From contig PXRE01000026.1 of NCBI GenBank assembly GCA_003021085.1, forward strand, positions 66,559-130,558: 64,000 nucleotides of DNA, read 5' to 3'. Positions 61,827-64,000 of the stretch are shown here, one piece after another; the first letter of the stretch is position 1; each line of letters starts with the position of its first letter. Both the position numbers and the translations under genes were made by a program. The stretch comes from Halobacteriales archaeon QS_1_68_20. Its GTDB lineage: Archaea > Halobacteriota > Halobacteria > Halobacteriales > PXRE01. The notes beneath the pieces were generated by a model. It was given only the letters and a program-made list of their open reading frames with translations. It searched no databases and had not been told where the DNA came from.

Positions 61827-62825
61827 ATGCAGCAGTACCTCGACCTCGTCCACGACGTCCTCGGGACGGGCACGTACAAGCCCAACCGGACGGGCGTGGA
61901 CACGGTGTCGGCGTTCAGCCAGCACTACGAGGTGGACCTGTCGGCCGGGTTCCCGCTGTTGACGACGAAGGACCTCTCGGGGTTCCGCTGGAACTCGCTG
62001 ATCCACGAGTTCCTCTGGTACCTCTCCGGGGAGGACCACGTCCGGAACCTCAGCGAGGAGACCGGCATCTGGGACGCCTGGGCCGACGAGGAGGGCCACC
62101 TCGACACCGCCTACGGCCGGTTCTGGCGGCGCTACCCGGTTCCCGACGAGGACGACCGCCTGCCGGGGGAGGCCTGGCCCGACGACGGCCACCGGTGGGT
62201 CGACGACGAGGGGACGTTCGACCAGATCCAGTACGTGCTGGACCAGTTGCGCGAGAACCCTAACTCAAGGCGACTCGTGGTCGACGCCTGGCACCCCGCG
62301 AACTCCTCGGTGAGTACGCTACCGGCCTGCCACTACTCGTTCGTCTTCAACGTCCAGGGCGACCGCCTGAACCTCCACCTCACCCAGCGGTCGGGTGACG
62401 TGGCGCTCGGGGTCCCGTTCAACATCGCGGCCTACGCCCTGCTCGCGCAGGTCGTGGCCCAGCGCACGGACTTCGAACTCGGGACGTTCGCGCACACGGT
62501 CGTCGACGCCCACGTCTACTGCGGCCGGGGCGCCCGGGGCGAGTGGTACGCCGACAACCTCGACGAACTGCAGGATCGCCTCGCCGCCGTCGACGCCAAG
62601 GAGGACTTCCTCGCGGTGCGCGATTGGCTACGGGAGGCCGCCCCCGAGGAAGACGAGGAGGGGTACGACCACGTGCCGGGACTCCTGCTCCAGTGCTCGC
62701 GGGAACCGCGCGAGCGCCCGACCATGGAGATCACGGACGCCCCGCTGGACGAACTCACGTACGAGGACTTCCAGTTGCGCGGGTACGACCCCGCGCCGGC
62801 CATCTCCTTCGAGGTCGCGGAGTGA
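61827..62825 (+). CDS. thyA: thymidylate synthase (ThyA)
   Basis: MQQYLDLVHDVLGTGTYKPNRTGVDTVSAF..., the active-site context LPACHYSFVFNV, and DVALGVPFNIA. Confidence 0.92.
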   Translation: MQQYLDLVHDVLGTGTYKPNRTGVDTVSAFSQHYEVDLSAGFPLLTTKDLSGFRWNSLIHEFLWYLSGEDHVRNLSEETGIWDAWADEEGHLDTAYGRFWRRYPVPDEDDRLPGEAWPDDGHRWVDDEGTFDQIQYVLDQLRENPNSRRLVVDAWHPANSSVSTLPACHYSFVFNVQGDRLNLHLTQRSGDVALGVPFNIAAYALLAQVVAQRTDFELGTFAHTVVDAHVYCGRGARGEWYADNLDELQDRLAAVDAKEDFLAVRDWLREAAPEEDEEGYDHVPGLLLQCSREPRERPTMEITDAPLDELTYEDFQLRGYDPAPAISFEVAE

Positions 62826-63439
62826 TGGAGACCGACGGAGACGGCCGGGGCGACGCCGAGTCTTCCGACGCCGATAGCTCGGACTCCGGGGTCCCCGACA
62901 CCGAGGACCTGACGGTCGCGCTCGTCACCGCGGTGGCCGAGAACGACGTCATCGGGCGCGGCGGCGAACTGCCGTGGCACTACCCGGAGGACCTCCAGCA
63001 CTTCAAGGAGACGACGATGGGCCACCCCGTCGTGATGGGCCGCCGGACGTTCGAGGGCATCGTCGACAGACTCGGCGAACCGCTCCCCGGCCGGACGAAC
63101 GTCGTACTCTCGTCGCGGGACCTCGACCTCCCGGAGGGAGCGGTCCACGCGAACTCGATTCCGTCTGCCCTGGACGCCGCCCGGGAGGCCCTTTCGGCGG
63201 ACGCCGCCGAGGACGCTGACGGTGACGGGCCGGGAGCGGACCGGACGGTCTACGTCGTCGGCGGTGCGTCCGTCTACGAGCAGTTCCTCCCGCTGGCCGA
63301 CCGACTGGTGCTGACCGAGATACCCCTGGAACCGGAGGGGGACACCTACTTCCCGGCGGTCGACTGGTCCCAGTGGGCGGCGGTCGAACGGGACGACCGT
63401 GGCGACCTCTCGTTCGTCACCTACGAGCGCCGGGCGTGA
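62825..63439 (+). CDS. folA: dihydrofolate reductase
   Basis: The ATG overlaps the thyA TGA (gTGATGg). VIGRGGELPWHYPEDLQHFKETTMGHPVVMGRRTFE..VYVVGGASVYEQF is the DHFR pattern, preceded by an acidic N-terminal extension. Confidence 0.9.
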   Translation: METDGDGRGDAESSDADSSDSGVPDTEDLTVALVTAVAENDVIGRGGELPWHYPEDLQHFKETTMGHPVVMGRRTFEGIVDRLGEPLPGRTNVVLSSRDLDLPEGAVHANSIPSALDAAREALSADAAEDADGDGPGADRTVYVVGGASVYEQFLPLADRLVLTEIPLEPEGDTYFPAVDWSQWAAVERDDRGDLSFVTYERRA

Positions 63440-63640
63440 GGTCGGACAGAAGTGATCGTATTTTGACTATTCGACGGAGGATTCGATCCCGTCCGCGACC
63501 GACCGTGCCCTGGCCGTAACTCAGTCACGCAGATCGATCGACGGAATCGAGTGCCGAGACGACGATCATTGCTGATAGTAATTTGATAGTGCCCGGTAAG
63601 CATTTGTGCTACGGCTTCGCACACCCGAGCGTGGAGGGAA

Positions 63641-64000
63641 ATGTCAGAGATCAGTAAACCGGAGTCGAGGGTAGTCACCTGGTACCGGGAGCGAATCGGG
63701 GAACCCCGCCACAGCGACGAAGTGTACGGGTACTGGGCGTTCGCGTTCGGCATCGTACTGTCGCTTCTGGGCGTCCCGTTGTTCCTGCTGACGACGACGA
63801 TGGAGCGGCCGCCGCGTCGGACTCGGGCGCCGCCTACTGGAACCTCCGGGCCATCGGCTACGTGTTCGCCGCGGTGGGCCTGCCGGTGGCCCCGGTCGGC
63901 GCCATCGTCAGGATGCCCCTCCAGCGTCGCGCGACCCAGGCCGGGTACCTCGGGGTGAGCATCTGCGTCCTCGCGGCCGTCTGGTTCGTCACCGTGTTCC
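63641..64000 (+). pseudogene. integral membrane protein (partial, runs off the window), frameshift near 63800
   Basis: MSEISKPESRVVTWYRERIGEPRHSDEVYGYWAFAFGIVLSLLGVPLFLLTTT, then the sensible sequence (..AAASDSGAAYWNLRAIGYVFAAVGLPVAPVGAIVRMPLQRRATQAGYLGVSICVLAAVWFVTVF) continues in another frame. Confidence 0.45.

Noticed and set aside
63476-63505. tRNA-like T-arm/acceptor fragment (GACGGAGGATTCGATCCCGTCCGCGACC) that could mark an integration site
   Set aside because: The T-loop would be 11 nt instead of 7. No D-arm or anticodon arm can be drawn from the AT-rich upstream sequence, only 5 acceptor pairs form, and no integrase is nearby.

Overview
This 64-kb window is very GC-rich (judged by eye, not computed) and looks like haloarchaeal (class Halobacteria) chromosome. 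The evidence is strongly acidic predicted proteins, twin-arginine (Tat) signal peptides, TATA-like boxes about 25 nt upstream of start codons (leaderless mRNAs), and archaeal information-processing genes (TFB, Pelota, Elp3, Lhr helicase, NFACT/RqcH). I support about 65 protein-coding loci. Most are housekeeping or metabolic: sod, purL, thyA-folA, tdk, surE, MutY-like glycosylase, class-III aminotransferase, family-III CoA-transferase, plus several transporters and secreted hydrolases. I found no rRNA, tRNA, CRISPR array, cas gene, transposase or integrase. Many long ORFs in the six-frame track are antisense or out-of-frame artefacts of high GC and were discarded. I did not find a recognisable multi-gene defence-type system. 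Six things deserve a second look. (1) A modular, non-coding repeat family occupies five intergenic gaps (about 6960-7330, 10836-11146, 26044-26336, 32683-32956, 60486-60686). Its shared cores are CGGCTGGGGAGG, GGGACTGAAAGGGGCC and a twice-per-locus GAGCGCGCGGGGGCTTTCT motif. One locus is arranged like a 115-bp miniature inverted-repeat element (MITE). (2) About ten genes are disrupted, an unusually high density. The lesions are frameshifts (several at G/C homopolymers), one in-frame stop, and short internal deletions in a sodium:solute symporter, a TFB paralog and a PAP2 phosphatase, while long core genes stay intact. (3) A leaderless two-gene cassette (Tat-secreted protein plus a signal-less HExxH protein) sits between the ribosome-rescue genes pelota and rqcH. 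(4) A 1037-aa Tat-secreted protein carries three near-identical ~540-nt internal repeats. (5) A low-GC islet (41.4-42.8 kb) holds a PadR regulator, small and decayed orphan genes and a triple hairpin. (6) An orphan ~590-aa protein has a Gly/Asp repeat tail and lies next to a small TRASH-like zinc-finger ORF. All functional calls rest on motif recognition by eye; no database search was run.
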